Positions 1 to 7,230 are shown, numbered from the stretch's first letter. The stretch is 17,405 bases of DNA from Burkholderiaceae bacterium (GCA_046597185.1 JBKJLF010000370.1:1-17405), one strand, 5' to 3'. Numbers and translations are program-made. Notes: generated by a model from the sequence alone, not told the origin.

Positions 1-172
1 CCGCACGTTCAGCCTCCAGTTCCCGGATACGCGCCTGAATTTGCTCTGCGCTCCATGCTACCGCATTGGCATGCTCAGTGCTTAAGTCGGGCGTTTGCGC
101 CCATGCTGCCGTGCCCACGCACCATGCCATCCCCAAGGCAAGGAAGCACTTCATCATTTGAGCAACCATCAT
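1..172 (-). CDS. N-terminal part of an exported hypothetical protein. The gene runs off the left edge of the window.
   Basis: The minus-strand reading frame starts at ATG 172 (alternative starts ATG 169 and 157) and stays open to position 1. It translates as MMVAQMMKCFLALGMAWCVGTAAWAQTPDLSTEHANAVAWSAEQIQARIRELEAER. The hydrophobic core followed by AWA-Q looks like a signal peptide. AGGAGG lies just upstream (revcomp of about 176-181). The gene sits just after the stop of the 219..899 gene on the same strand. It is missing from the ORF track because there is no stop codon inside the window. Confidence 0.4.
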   Translation of the reverse strand, partial: MMVAQMMKCFLALGMAWCVGTAAWAQTPDLSTEHANAVAWSAEQIQARIRELEAERA

Positions 173-218
173 ATCCTCCTGAACCTGGTGCCACACCCAA
201 AAACCCGATTCAACAATC

Positions 219-899
219 TCAGCTTGCCTGCCAGAAAAACAAGGCCGTCATCCGCTTCTCATTGTGTTCCACACCAAAATAATTGGTGGCCGAATGCACC
301 AGGTCGGCGCGATACATAAAAATCCGGTTGAACACGTTATCCACCGATAAATCTTCCGCCCACGCCTGCAATGGCAACTTTGTCATACCCAAGGCTTCGC
401 CCAAATTATTATGCGGCGGCGTACATTGATTGCCACCCAGGGTGCCATTCGGATAACGCAAACGATAAAACGAGGTGCCACAATGCGGCTCAGGATTCGG
501 TGACAGATAGATAACGGCAGCATAGCGGCATAATTTTCGTGAATCGCTATGCGGTCTTGGCCCAGATTCTCTTTCACCGACCAATTGCGCGCAATTATGA
601 TTCAGTTTAGCACCTTGTGGCGCTTCTGGTTGCCATAATTTCTTGGACCCTGTCATTTTTTTTACCCAATTTTCAATATAGACTATTTCTTCGGGCGTCA
701 TGGCGTTATGGCTGCGCATGCCGGGCCAAAATTCCTTGGCGTGAGGAAATCCCAATTCCCAATCGGTACGGGAAAATAGCCGCTGGGAAACTTCTTCCGC
801 ATTCGGCAAAAAATTATCTTGAACCCAGTAATCCCGTCCCAGTTGTAATTTTCTATAATTTAGGGTTGGAGGTTTGGATGGTGCAGGTGGTTTCAACAT
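219..899 (-). CDS. Hypothetical protein, 226 aa. Possibly a 2OG-Fe(II) oxygenase-like (double-stranded beta-helix) fold.
   Basis: Long ATG-initiated ORF with a protein-like composition. An HSD triad-like motif (RPHSDSRK) is followed by AVIYLSPNPEPHCGTSFYRLRY, and later DLVHSATNY...HNEKR, which resembles the HxD...H...R pattern of 2OG oxygenases. No family was confidently recognised. It is transcribed divergently from the FHA gene. Confidence 0.55.
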   Translation of the reverse strand: MLKPPAPSKPPTLNYRKLQLGRDYWVQDNFLPNAEEVSQRLFSRTDWELGFPHAKEFWPGMRSHNAMTPEEIVYIENWVKKMTGSKKLWQPEAPQGAKLNHNCAQLVGERESGPRPHSDSRKLCRYAAVIYLSPNPEPHCGTSFYRLRYPNGTLGGNQCTPPHNNLGEALGMTKLPLQAWAEDLSVDNVFNRIFMYRADLVHSATNYFGVEHNEKRMTALFFWQAS

Positions 900-982
900 G
901 GCTCAGTGTCACAGAAAAAGGGAAAGATATCAGTGTAAAGCAAAGTCCCACAAAAAACACTTTTCTTTTCAGGGTTTTTAGT

Positions 983-1016
983 TGCGTTGATGTTGCGTCG
1001 ATGCTGCGTGAAATGG
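983..1016. promoter_or_regulatory. Three tandem imperfect 11-12 bp direct repeats in a divergent intergenic region: ttgcgttgatg / ttgcgtcgatg / ctgcgtgaaatg.
   Basis: Read directly at 983-993, 994-1004 and 1005-1016, about 57-90 bp upstream of the FHA gene start (1073) and about 85-120 bp upstream of the divergent 899 start. Iterated short repeats of this kind are typical transcription-factor binding arrays. Confidence 0.3.
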
Positions 1017-1072
1017 CCAACATGGGATCAATTATGGCGTAAACTAATACCGTCTTCTCTTATAAGCCAACC

Positions 1073-2626
1073 ATGATCAAATGCGCCAATCCGAATCATC
1101 CTTTTTGCACCCAATGGGTCTTACCCGGTGCAGCGGTATGTGGCGCGCAACATGTTCAGCCTGGAGTAACCGTGACACCACTCCCCGCCAAAACACTGGA
1201 TACAAACAGCAATACGCCATTGACAGACAAGGCGCGCCAAGCCGCCATTGAGCACGCCAAACAAACCTTGGCTCAATCCCAGTCCCACTCCCAGCCCCAC
1301 TCCCAGCCCCACTCCCAGTCGCCCCCTATTCAAGCGGCATTGCAAACCAGCCCCAAATCGAATCGGCGTAGTGCTTCAAATATTGAAACCGCCATACCCT
1401 ATTTACATTTTAGCGGCTTTGATCCACGCGCTGCAGGTGGTCGGCAAACGCTGAAAATAGAATTACTCGGCATGGCCGCCGAGTTAGGCACCCAACTGGA
1501 ATTGAGCGTGCATTCCGAATTAGTAAGCAATGGCCGGGCCGAACATATTTTTGTGCGCACCACCCGTGGCCATTGGCGGCCGGTATTACTCGAATTTTCT
1601 TCCCGTAATCGCGAACACGGGCAATATCGCATGGATATTGAATTGAAATATCTGTTTGGCGGGAAAATCAGTCGGCAATGGGTTTGCACGCCAGTATTAT
1701 TGGTGCCACGCAAAGATGCCAGCCTGGATGATATTCACCGGATTTTTTTGGGGCGACATAAAAATGTGAAAGTGATGGTGGATGATGCCTCGATTGCCAA
1801 AATCAGCGGTTATCAATCAGCCGACCAATTCGACATCACCACCAAAAACGCGTCGATTGCACAGCTCGACTTTAGCGCGCCCAAAGGTAAAATCGATGTT
1901 GGCTTTACCAGCATTGCCTGGGATGAAGATTTGCTTGAAATTGATATCCAGCAGCAGGCCATCTTTCATCCGGACCCCGCTACCTGCGCCGTGCTCTCCA
2001 ACCCGCTTTGCCAGCCGCAATTATTTCAGCTCTACGCGCTCGATCAAATCGTGATTGGGCGGCATGATGATCAGGCATCGGTCGCCAATATTTTGCTAAG
2101 GCAACACAATCCAGTCAGCCCCGAATCAACTATTGAAACCAAGCCTAATTCCGCCACCGAAACCAGCTTAACCCGCAGAATTAGCGCACGCCATGCGGTA
2201 ATCCGCCTGATTGAACAACATTTTGAAATCGAAGATATTTCCCGTTTTGGTTTGTTGATTAATGGCAAATGGCCAGGCAAGGGCAAGTCGGTGTTACTCA
2301 AGAGCGATATGCGTTTGGGTTTTACTGCCAGCTTTAAAGATATTGTCAACTTGCAGGTGGTGGCCTTGAGCCGCCATGCTTTGGTGCTGCAAACCCAGGA
2401 TTTGAGCGAATGTTTTTATTGCCTGGTGCCCGAGATGGGGATCACCGCAACGCCGCCGAATTGGCCGCATCATCTGCCGCTGCTGTATCATCAGCATGGC
2501 GGTTTTTGGCATTGGGATCAAGACCAGCAAAAAGCCAGTGCGCTCAGTAATGCCAGCGGTTTGACTGGCTTACAAGGCTTTGCCAGCGCCTATCAATTTC
2601 AACATGGTGGCACCTTGACTGCCTGA
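1073..2626 (+). CDS. Zinc-ribbon-like N-terminus plus low-complexity SQPH repeats plus an FHA (forkhead-associated, phosphothreonine-binding) domain protein, 517 aa.
   Basis: The N-terminus MIKCANPNHPFCTQWVLPGAAVCGAQ resembles a degenerate zinc ribbon (C...NP..FC....PGAxxCGA). A stop codon at 1040 precludes any upstream extension. An FHA signature is present: IVIGRHDDQ ... ISARHAVI ... FEIEDISRFGLLINGK (G-R ... S-R-H ... S-x-x-G ... N-G). The region between them is of unknown beta-rich type. Confidence 0.8.
   Translation: MIKCANPNHPFCTQWVLPGAAVCGAQHVQPGVTVTPLPAKTLDTNSNTPLTDKARQAAIEHAKQTLAQSQSHSQPHSQPHSQSPPIQAALQTSPKSNRRSASNIETAIPYLHFSGFDPRAAGGRQTLKIELLGMAAELGTQLELSVHSELVSNGRAEHIFVRTTRGHWRPVLLEFSSRNREHGQYRMDIELKYLFGGKISRQWVCTPVLLVPRKDASLDDIHRIFLGRHKNVKVMVDDASIAKISGYQSADQFDITTKNASIAQLDFSAPKGKIDVGFTSIAWDEDLLEIDIQQQAIFHPDPATCAVLSNPLCQPQLFQLYALDQIVIGRHDDQASVANILLRQHNPVSPESTIETKPNSATETSLTRRISARHAVIRLIEQHFEIEDISRFGLLINGKWPGKGKSVLLKSDMRLGFTASFKDIVNLQVVALSRHALVLQTQDLSECFYCLVPEMGITATPPNWPHHLPLLYHQHGGFWHWDQDQQKASALSNASGLTGLQGFASAYQFQHGGTLTA
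1274..1320 (+). repeat. Tandem 12-bp coding repeat (ccactcccagcc, 3 copies plus partials) that encodes SQSHSQPHSQPHSQSP.
   Basis: Read directly at 1285-1296, 1297-1308 and 1309-1320 (last copy ccactcccagtc). It lies in frame within the FHA gene. Confidence 0.7.
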
Positions 2627-2658
2627 TCACAGGGGCAAAGGATCACAGGATCAAAGAA

Positions 2659-5058
2659 TCATGGCAGCGGATCAGGGGTCGGTGTGGGCTGCAATTCATG
2701 CAATTCAGGCAATTCGCGCACCACGCGTGCGCCCACGATGTCGTTACGGCCACTGGCACCATAGCCATTGCGCGAAGCCGAGCGTGCATAGCGCGGGCCA
2801 TACAACCAACTGCCGCCACGCAGAACGCGCCGCCCAAGGTCGCCCCCACTCTCCCAGGCACTGCCGTCAATCGGCGCGCCTTCGTAATGGTCATGCACCA
2901 CATCCTGCACCCATTCCCAAACATTACCATGCATATCGTACACACCCCAGGCATTCGGGGTGAACCGTCCCGCTGGCGTGGTGCCACGGCGAAACTCACC
3001 TTTTGGCCCGCTGTTATAGGTAAAATTACCGTCGTAATTGGCCAGATCGGTATGAATTTGATCGCCAAAATGAAATGCCGCCTTGCTGCCTGCGCGCGCG
3101 GCGAATTCCCATTCCGCCTCCGAAGCCAGGCGGTATACATGACCGGTGACGCTGGAGAGCCAGGCGCAATAGCTTTGCACATCATGCCAACTGATCCACA
3201 CCACCGGGTGGGTGTCGTCTTGCGCAAAACCCGGTTGCTGCCAATTATTTTCACTCTCATCCTGCCAACCGGTGGCCTTGGCAAACTGACGCCACTCGCC
3301 GACGCTGATCGGGTGTTTGGCGATGGCAAAGCCATGTTCGATACCAACCCAATGTGGCGGCGTTTCACGCCGCAACCATGAACCGGCCGCGCCTGCATGC
3401 AAGGCAGTTTGGCGCTCGGTTTCGGAAGAACCCATCAAAAAGCGCCCGGCAGGCAATACCACCAACAAGGGGCCAACGCCAGAATGGTCGAGAAAAGTAT
3501 CGCGAAACGCCACCCCCGGCGCTTCCGGCTGGATTTGGGCCTGGCTCTCGCGCAACCGCGCTTGCGCCTGTTCGGCGCGTTTTTGCTGGGCCAGTAGTTG
3601 CTCCTGGCGTTTGCGCTCTTGCTCTTGGCGTTTGCGCTCTTGCTCCTGGCGCGCCGCTTTTTCTTCTTGCGCCTGGCGCTGTTGCTGTTCCTCGCGCAAG
3701 CGCCGCGCTTGCTCACGCAGGGCGGCGGTACGCTCCACGGCTTGCTGTTTGCGTTGCTCCTGCGCCAGTTTTTGTGCCTGCTTTTGCGCCGATTCCTGCG
3801 CCAGAATTTGGGCTTGAACTTGTGCCTGCGCTTGGGCCTGAGCCTGAGCCTTTGCCTGGGCCTGCTTTTTCTGCTGCTCTTGCTGCTGCTGTTGCTGCTG
3901 TTGCTGCTGTTGCGACAGCGGCGCACGCCCTGCCAGCACGTTGGCGGGTACAGGCGTTACTTGCGCCGAAGGCGTAGTGACATGCACCGCCGCCAACCTG
4001 GGGCCAAGCACAGGCGCGGAAGGTGGCGCAGGCAAAGGTGGCGGCTTGGATAAAACCAACATTTCCGGCTGAAACAAGTCATTCAACAATTCCAGCGCCG
4101 AATGCGGGCGCGCTTCCGGTTGCCAGGCAAAACCACGCTGCAAAATACGCCATTGGCGCGCATCCAGCATGCCCGGTTGCACGGGCACCTGTTGCATCTG
4201 GCGCACATCGCCAAAGGGCAACTCACCCACAATCATTTGGTAAATCATCACCGCCAAGGCATACACATCCAATTGTGGGCCGGGTACGCGCTGGCGCAAA
4301 CCCGCTTCCGGCGCACGGTAGCCGGCCGTGCCAGCATTGGCGGGAATGGACGAACCCACCACATCACGCACGCGGGCAGCGATGCCAAAATCGAGCAATT
4401 TGATTTCACTTTGCCCGGTTAAAAACAAATTACTGGGTTTCAGATCACGGTGTACCAATTGATGTTTGTCCCAGGCATAGCGCAAAGCCTGGGCCACCGG
4501 TTGTAAAAATTGATGTACCTGGGGCATGGTAAACGGGCCGCGTTCGGCCAGGAGGCGATCCAGATCATCGCCTTCCAAATATTCCATGATGATGAAATAA
4601 CAGGTGGTGGCCGGGTCTTGCGCCCATTCGTAGACGCGCACGATATGCTCATGCGCCAGTTTGCGCGCCTTAGTCGCTTCTTCCACCAGCAAGCGCGCAT
4701 GCAAGCTGCTTTGCGTCCATTCTGGCGGCAGGATTTTTAGCGCCACTTTGTCGCTATGGCCCAGTTCGGCCTGGGTGGCCAAATCAATTGCCAACCAAAC
4801 CTGGCCCATGCCGCCCTGGCCCAATTGGCGCTCCAGCCTATAGCGTTTATCGACCGGCCCCAACTCTTGCCCGATTGCCAGACCCAGTTCCGTGCCATTT
4901 TCCGGCGCACGCGCATGCGGCCCACGCTTGGGGCCGGTGGGGGCCAGTTGCGCATCCAAAATGGCGTTTTTGCGACGATCAAATTCTTCCTGGCTGAGCA
5001 AGCCATCATCGTGCAGGGCACGCAATTCATGAATTTTATCTCGGGCGGTCTTACTCAT
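2659..5058 (-). CDS. Soluble Hanks-type Ser/Thr protein kinase, 799 aa. It combines an N-terminal SHOCT-like helix, a poly-Q/charged coiled-coil linker and a C-terminal FGE-sulfatase (SUMF1/DUF323-like) domain.
   Basis: Kinase motifs are present: glycine loop LGQGGMGQVW, beta3 lysine VALKIL, catalytic loop HRDLKPSNLFL, DFGIA, and APE-like GYRAPE. The N-terminus ARDKIHELRALHDDGLLSQEEFDRRKNAIL matches the SHOCT pattern. The linker contains an 11xQ run, AQAQAQAQAQ and (QERKRQE)n. The C-terminus has FGE-type motifs HPVVWISWHDVQSYCAWL, YRLASEAEWEFAARAGS, GNVWEWVQD and RVLRGGSWLYGPRYARSASR. The CxPxR-type catalytic cysteines that follow GGSW in true FGEs are absent. No hydrophobic transmembrane segment is seen. 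Confidence 0.9.
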   Translation of the reverse strand: MSKTARDKIHELRALHDDGLLSQEEFDRRKNAILDAQLAPTGPKRGPHARAPENGTELGLAIGQELGPVDKRYRLERQLGQGGMGQVWLAIDLATQAELGHSDKVALKILPPEWTQSSLHARLLVEEATKARKLAHEHIVRVYEWAQDPATTCYFIIMEYLEGDDLDRLLAERGPFTMPQVHQFLQPVAQALRYAWDKHQLVHRDLKPSNLFLTGQSEIKLLDFGIAARVRDVVGSSIPANAGTAGYRAPEAGLRQRVPGPQLDVYALAVMIYQMIVGELPFGDVRQMQQVPVQPGMLDARQWRILQRGFAWQPEARPHSALELLNDLFQPEMLVLSKPPPLPAPPSAPVLGPRLAAVHVTTPSAQVTPVPANVLAGRAPLSQQQQQQQQQQQEQQKKQAQAKAQAQAQAQAQVQAQILAQESAQKQAQKLAQEQRKQQAVERTAALREQARRLREEQQQRQAQEEKAARQEQERKRQEQERKRQEQLLAQQKRAEQAQARLRESQAQIQPEAPGVAFRDTFLDHSGVGPLLVVLPAGRFLMGSSETERQTALHAGAAGSWLRRETPPHWVGIEHGFAIAKHPISVGEWRQFAKATGWQDESENNWQQPGFAQDDTHPVVWISWHDVQSYCAWLSSVTGHVYRLASEAEWEFAARAGSKAAFHFGDQIHTDLANYDGNFTYNSGPKGEFRRGTTPAGRFTPNAWGVYDMHGNVWEWVQDVVHDHYEGAPIDGSAWESGGDLGRRVLRGGSWLYGPRYARSASRNGYGASGRNDIVGARVVRELPELHELQPTPTPDPLP
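3600..3915. repeat. Low-complexity DNA repeats inside the kinase linker: a 21-bp tandem (ggcgtttgcgctcttgctcYt, 2 copies), gcctgR hexamer runs (3821-3860), and a CTG/TTG triplet tract (3871-3913).
   Basis: Read directly: 3606-3626 and 3627-3647 are near-identical; ctgctgctgttgctgctgttgctgctgttgc encodes poly-Q on the minus strand. Confidence 0.7.
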
Positions 5059-5088
5059 GGGTTTAGCTCAAATCGAAACACAGAACGG

Positions 5089-5114
5089 TTGATATCAAGA
5101 TCAGGCTTGATCTT
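5089..5114. promoter_or_regulatory. Two adjacent palindromes in the 54-bp intercistronic gap and gene end: TTGATATCAA (5089-5098) and a hairpin aagatca-ggct-tgatctt (5097-5114).
   Basis: Read directly. The 7-bp perfect inverted repeat overlaps the stop codon (5113-5115) of the upstream SPFH gene and precedes the kinase start (5058). It could be an RNA hairpin or processing site, or a protein-binding site. Confidence 0.3.
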
Positions 5115-7230
5115 ATACCAGCGGCGCGCCACATTCGGCACAAAACTTCGCCTTGGGCAAATTAATATGCCCTTGACGACAGGTGCGCATCACCAAAGGC
5201 GGCGGGCTGGCATCGCGGCTGGCTTGCAACATGGCCAACACATGTTCGCGTTCTTTGGCTGCCTGTTGCGCTTGCCACTCTCTTTCCTGCGCTACGCTTT
5301 TGGTGACCAGACCGGGAATAAATTCATTATCCGGCAGCACTTTGGCGGCGGAAATTTGTTCCGCGCTCATGCCGACCTGCACCTGGGTTTTTAAAATATC
5401 GGCCACCAGGCTGGCATTGGGTAAATCGGCCAGCGCCACTTTGGCCAAATCGCTGACCTGATCCAGCGCCGCGTAGCGCGCCAGCCGTTGTTGGTGGTCT
5501 TGCTCCTGCAAGCGCAAGGTATGTTGCCACGCGCCCTCTTGTTCTTGCTGGCGCAGGCGGCTACGCTGTTCTTCGGCGTCGAGTTCATCTTGTTGTTTTG
5601 CTCGTTGCTGCAACAATTCTTGCTGTTGCATGGCGGCATGGGCTTCGATGGTGCGCAGCAATTTTTCTTGTTGCGCCAGTGCATCGGCATTCGCGCCGGC
5701 ACGGGCCAAATCGGCCATTTTTTGCTTTTGCTGATCGATTTGCACCTGGGTTTGGGCATCCAGCACCGCTTCGGAGCGCAATAATTCGCGTTGTTGCTGG
5801 AGTGCCAATTCATCTTGCCAGGCTTGCAGCCGCTCGGCTTCGCGCGTGCGCGCCTGACGTTCCAGCGTGAGCGTGTGCAGGCGCGCCTGCTGCTGCTCGT
5901 CTTCCCATTGTTTTTCGTGTTCGGCGTGTTGCGCTTTCACTTGCCGCAAGCGCGCCAGTTCATCACGCCGGGTTTGTTCGTTGCCGATTTGTTCGATGGT
6001 GGCCAATTGCCGTTGCCATTGCCATTGCAATACTTGTTGCTTGAGTTGTTGCTGCGCCGCCAGAGTAATTTCACGCGCTTCGATTTGTTCCAGCTCCAGC
6101 TCGGTGCGCATTTTAATTTGGGCGATATGGCGCACTTGTTCCCAGCGTTTTTCTTCGGTATGGCGTTGGCTGGCATCTTGCTTGAGATCATGTTCCAGCT
6201 TGGTCAAGACTTCTTGCGCGCCGCGCTCCAGCGCCTGCTTGCGGTTTTGCGCTTCGATGATGCGGCCATACAATTCAATCTCGCGCACACGCAAGGCTTG
6301 CAATTGTTCGCGCTCTTCCAGCACCAGGTGAGCGCGCTGTTCGCGCTGTTCGCGCGCCAGTTGGGCGCGGCGCAATTGTTGGCGTTGGGCTTGTTCTTGC
6401 AACACAATTTGCGCCCATTGCTGCTCGGAATATAATTGCGCCAGCCGTTCGGCGTGTTCGGCCTCGACCCGTTTGGCGTTGAAAATCAAGGCTAAATTGC
6501 CGACCAGTTCACGGTTTTCATTCCATTTTTGATGTTGCAGGCTGAGGGTTTCGACTTGTACCAAACTTAGACCGAAATGCGCCATGCGCAGCGAGAGCGT
6601 GCTTTGCACCCGTTCATTGAGTTGTTCGCGCAATTGGGCATTGTTGACCAATTCCAACAACGATTGGGCCGATAAAAATTCAATCAAGACCTGGCGCAGC
6701 AAAGGTTGCACCAGGGTTTGCAATTGTTCCAATGTGATGGCACCGGGGGCTTGCATGAAGTAGTTGGAAAAGGCCGCCACGGGTTCGATTTTCACGCGCA
6801 GCATACAACTGACATCGAGCGCCAGAAATTCGGCGCTGGCGATGCCAGGTAAATTGAATGTCAGCTCGAAGGGCGTGCTGCGAGTGATCAGGATTTCGGC
6901 AGACCGGTCACACAAGAGTCTATCGAGTCGTCCGAAAAAGTCTTCAATCTGGTATTCACCCGGCGGCACTTCGGCGATGTGTTGCCCTTGCAAAATATAG
7001 GCACGCGCGGTGGCGGGCACTTGCAGGGTTTTACTGAATACCCCGGACAGGCGTTCGATACCGAAGAACACCGCCACTTCGTTTTCCGCTGGCAACCAGC
7101 GGTTATTACGCAGCAGCGGGTGGGCTTGCCCCAGGCTGATGCCGCATTGGGCACAATAATGGCCATCGCTTTGATTGACGTGATCACAGCGCGGACAAGG
7201 CGTGCCGCGTACTCCGAATAATGTAAACAT
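5113..7230 (-). CDS. Flotillin-like SPFH/band-7 domain protein, 705 aa, with an N-terminal zinc ribbon, a coiled coil of about 400 aa and a C-terminal zinc ribbon.
   Basis: The N-terminus has CPRCDHVNQSDGHYCAQCG (C-x2-C...C-x2-C). The C-terminus has CRQGHINLPKAKFCAECGAPLV (zinc_ribbon_2-like ...AKFCxxCGAPL). An SPFH-like core follows the N-terminal ribbon: ILQGQHIAEVPPGEY...FELTFNLPGIASAEFLALDVSCMLRVKIEPV...LLRQVLIEFLSAQSLLELVNNAQLREQLNERVQ...HFGLSLVQVETL. This is followed by a Q/E/R/A/L-rich heptad-like sequence. A strong SD (GGGGGAG) lies upstream of ATG 7230. Confidence 0.8.
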   Translation of the reverse strand: MFTLFGVRGTPCPRCDHVNQSDGHYCAQCGISLGQAHPLLRNNRWLPAENEVAVFFGIERLSGVFSKTLQVPATARAYILQGQHIAEVPPGEYQIEDFFGRLDRLLCDRSAEILITRSTPFELTFNLPGIASAEFLALDVSCMLRVKIEPVAAFSNYFMQAPGAITLEQLQTLVQPLLRQVLIEFLSAQSLLELVNNAQLREQLNERVQSTLSLRMAHFGLSLVQVETLSLQHQKWNENRELVGNLALIFNAKRVEAEHAERLAQLYSEQQWAQIVLQEQAQRQQLRRAQLAREQREQRAHLVLEEREQLQALRVREIELYGRIIEAQNRKQALERGAQEVLTKLEHDLKQDASQRHTEEKRWEQVRHIAQIKMRTELELEQIEAREITLAAQQQLKQQVLQWQWQRQLATIEQIGNEQTRRDELARLRQVKAQHAEHEKQWEDEQQQARLHTLTLERQARTREAERLQAWQDELALQQQRELLRSEAVLDAQTQVQIDQQKQKMADLARAGANADALAQQEKLLRTIEAHAAMQQQELLQQRAKQQDELDAEEQRSRLRQQEQEGAWQHTLRLQEQDHQQRLARYAALDQVSDLAKVALADLPNASLVADILKTQVQVGMSAEQISAAKVLPDNEFIPGLVTKSVAQEREWQAQQAAKEREHVLAMLQASRDASPPPLVMRTCRQGHINLPKAKFCAECGAPLV

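Noticed and set aside
55-319. Plus-strand ORFs 55..282 and 95..319 (74-75 aa).
   Set aside because: They overlap the signal-peptide gene start and the 3' end of the 219..899 gene on the minus strand. Their composition is unremarkable, there is no SD, and they are antisense to better-supported frames.
2627-2658. Direct repeat gatcacagg x2 between the convergent FHA and kinase stops, considered as a bidirectional terminator.
   Set aside because: It is a direct repeat, not an inverted one. No stem-loop or U-tract can be formed, so there is no evidence for a rho-independent terminator.
2643-3398. A 251-aa minus-strand ORF and several 100-230-aa plus-strand ORFs (2661..2963, 2698..3381, 3317..3817, 3354..3977) that overlap the kinase gene.
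   Set aside because: These are alternate or antisense frames of a gene with unambiguous kinase and FGE motifs. Their translations are Arg/Ala/Pro/Cys-rich low-complexity artefacts of GC-rich, repeat-rich DNA.
3435-4053. Possibility that the repeats at 3600-3915 are a CRISPR array or a minisatellite outside genes.
   Set aside because: The repeats are tandem without unique spacers, 6-21 bp, and maintain the kinase reading frame (poly-Q, AQ, QERKRQE). This is coding low complexity, not CRISPR.
5183-6435. Plus-strand ORFs inside the SPFH/coiled-coil gene, e.g. 5791..6435 (214 aa, L-rich) and 5867..6331 (154 aa, C/S-rich).
   Set aside because: They are antisense to a coiled-coil gene. Reverse complements of Gln/Glu/Ala/Leu-rich heptad codons give long spurious Leu- or Cys-rich open frames.
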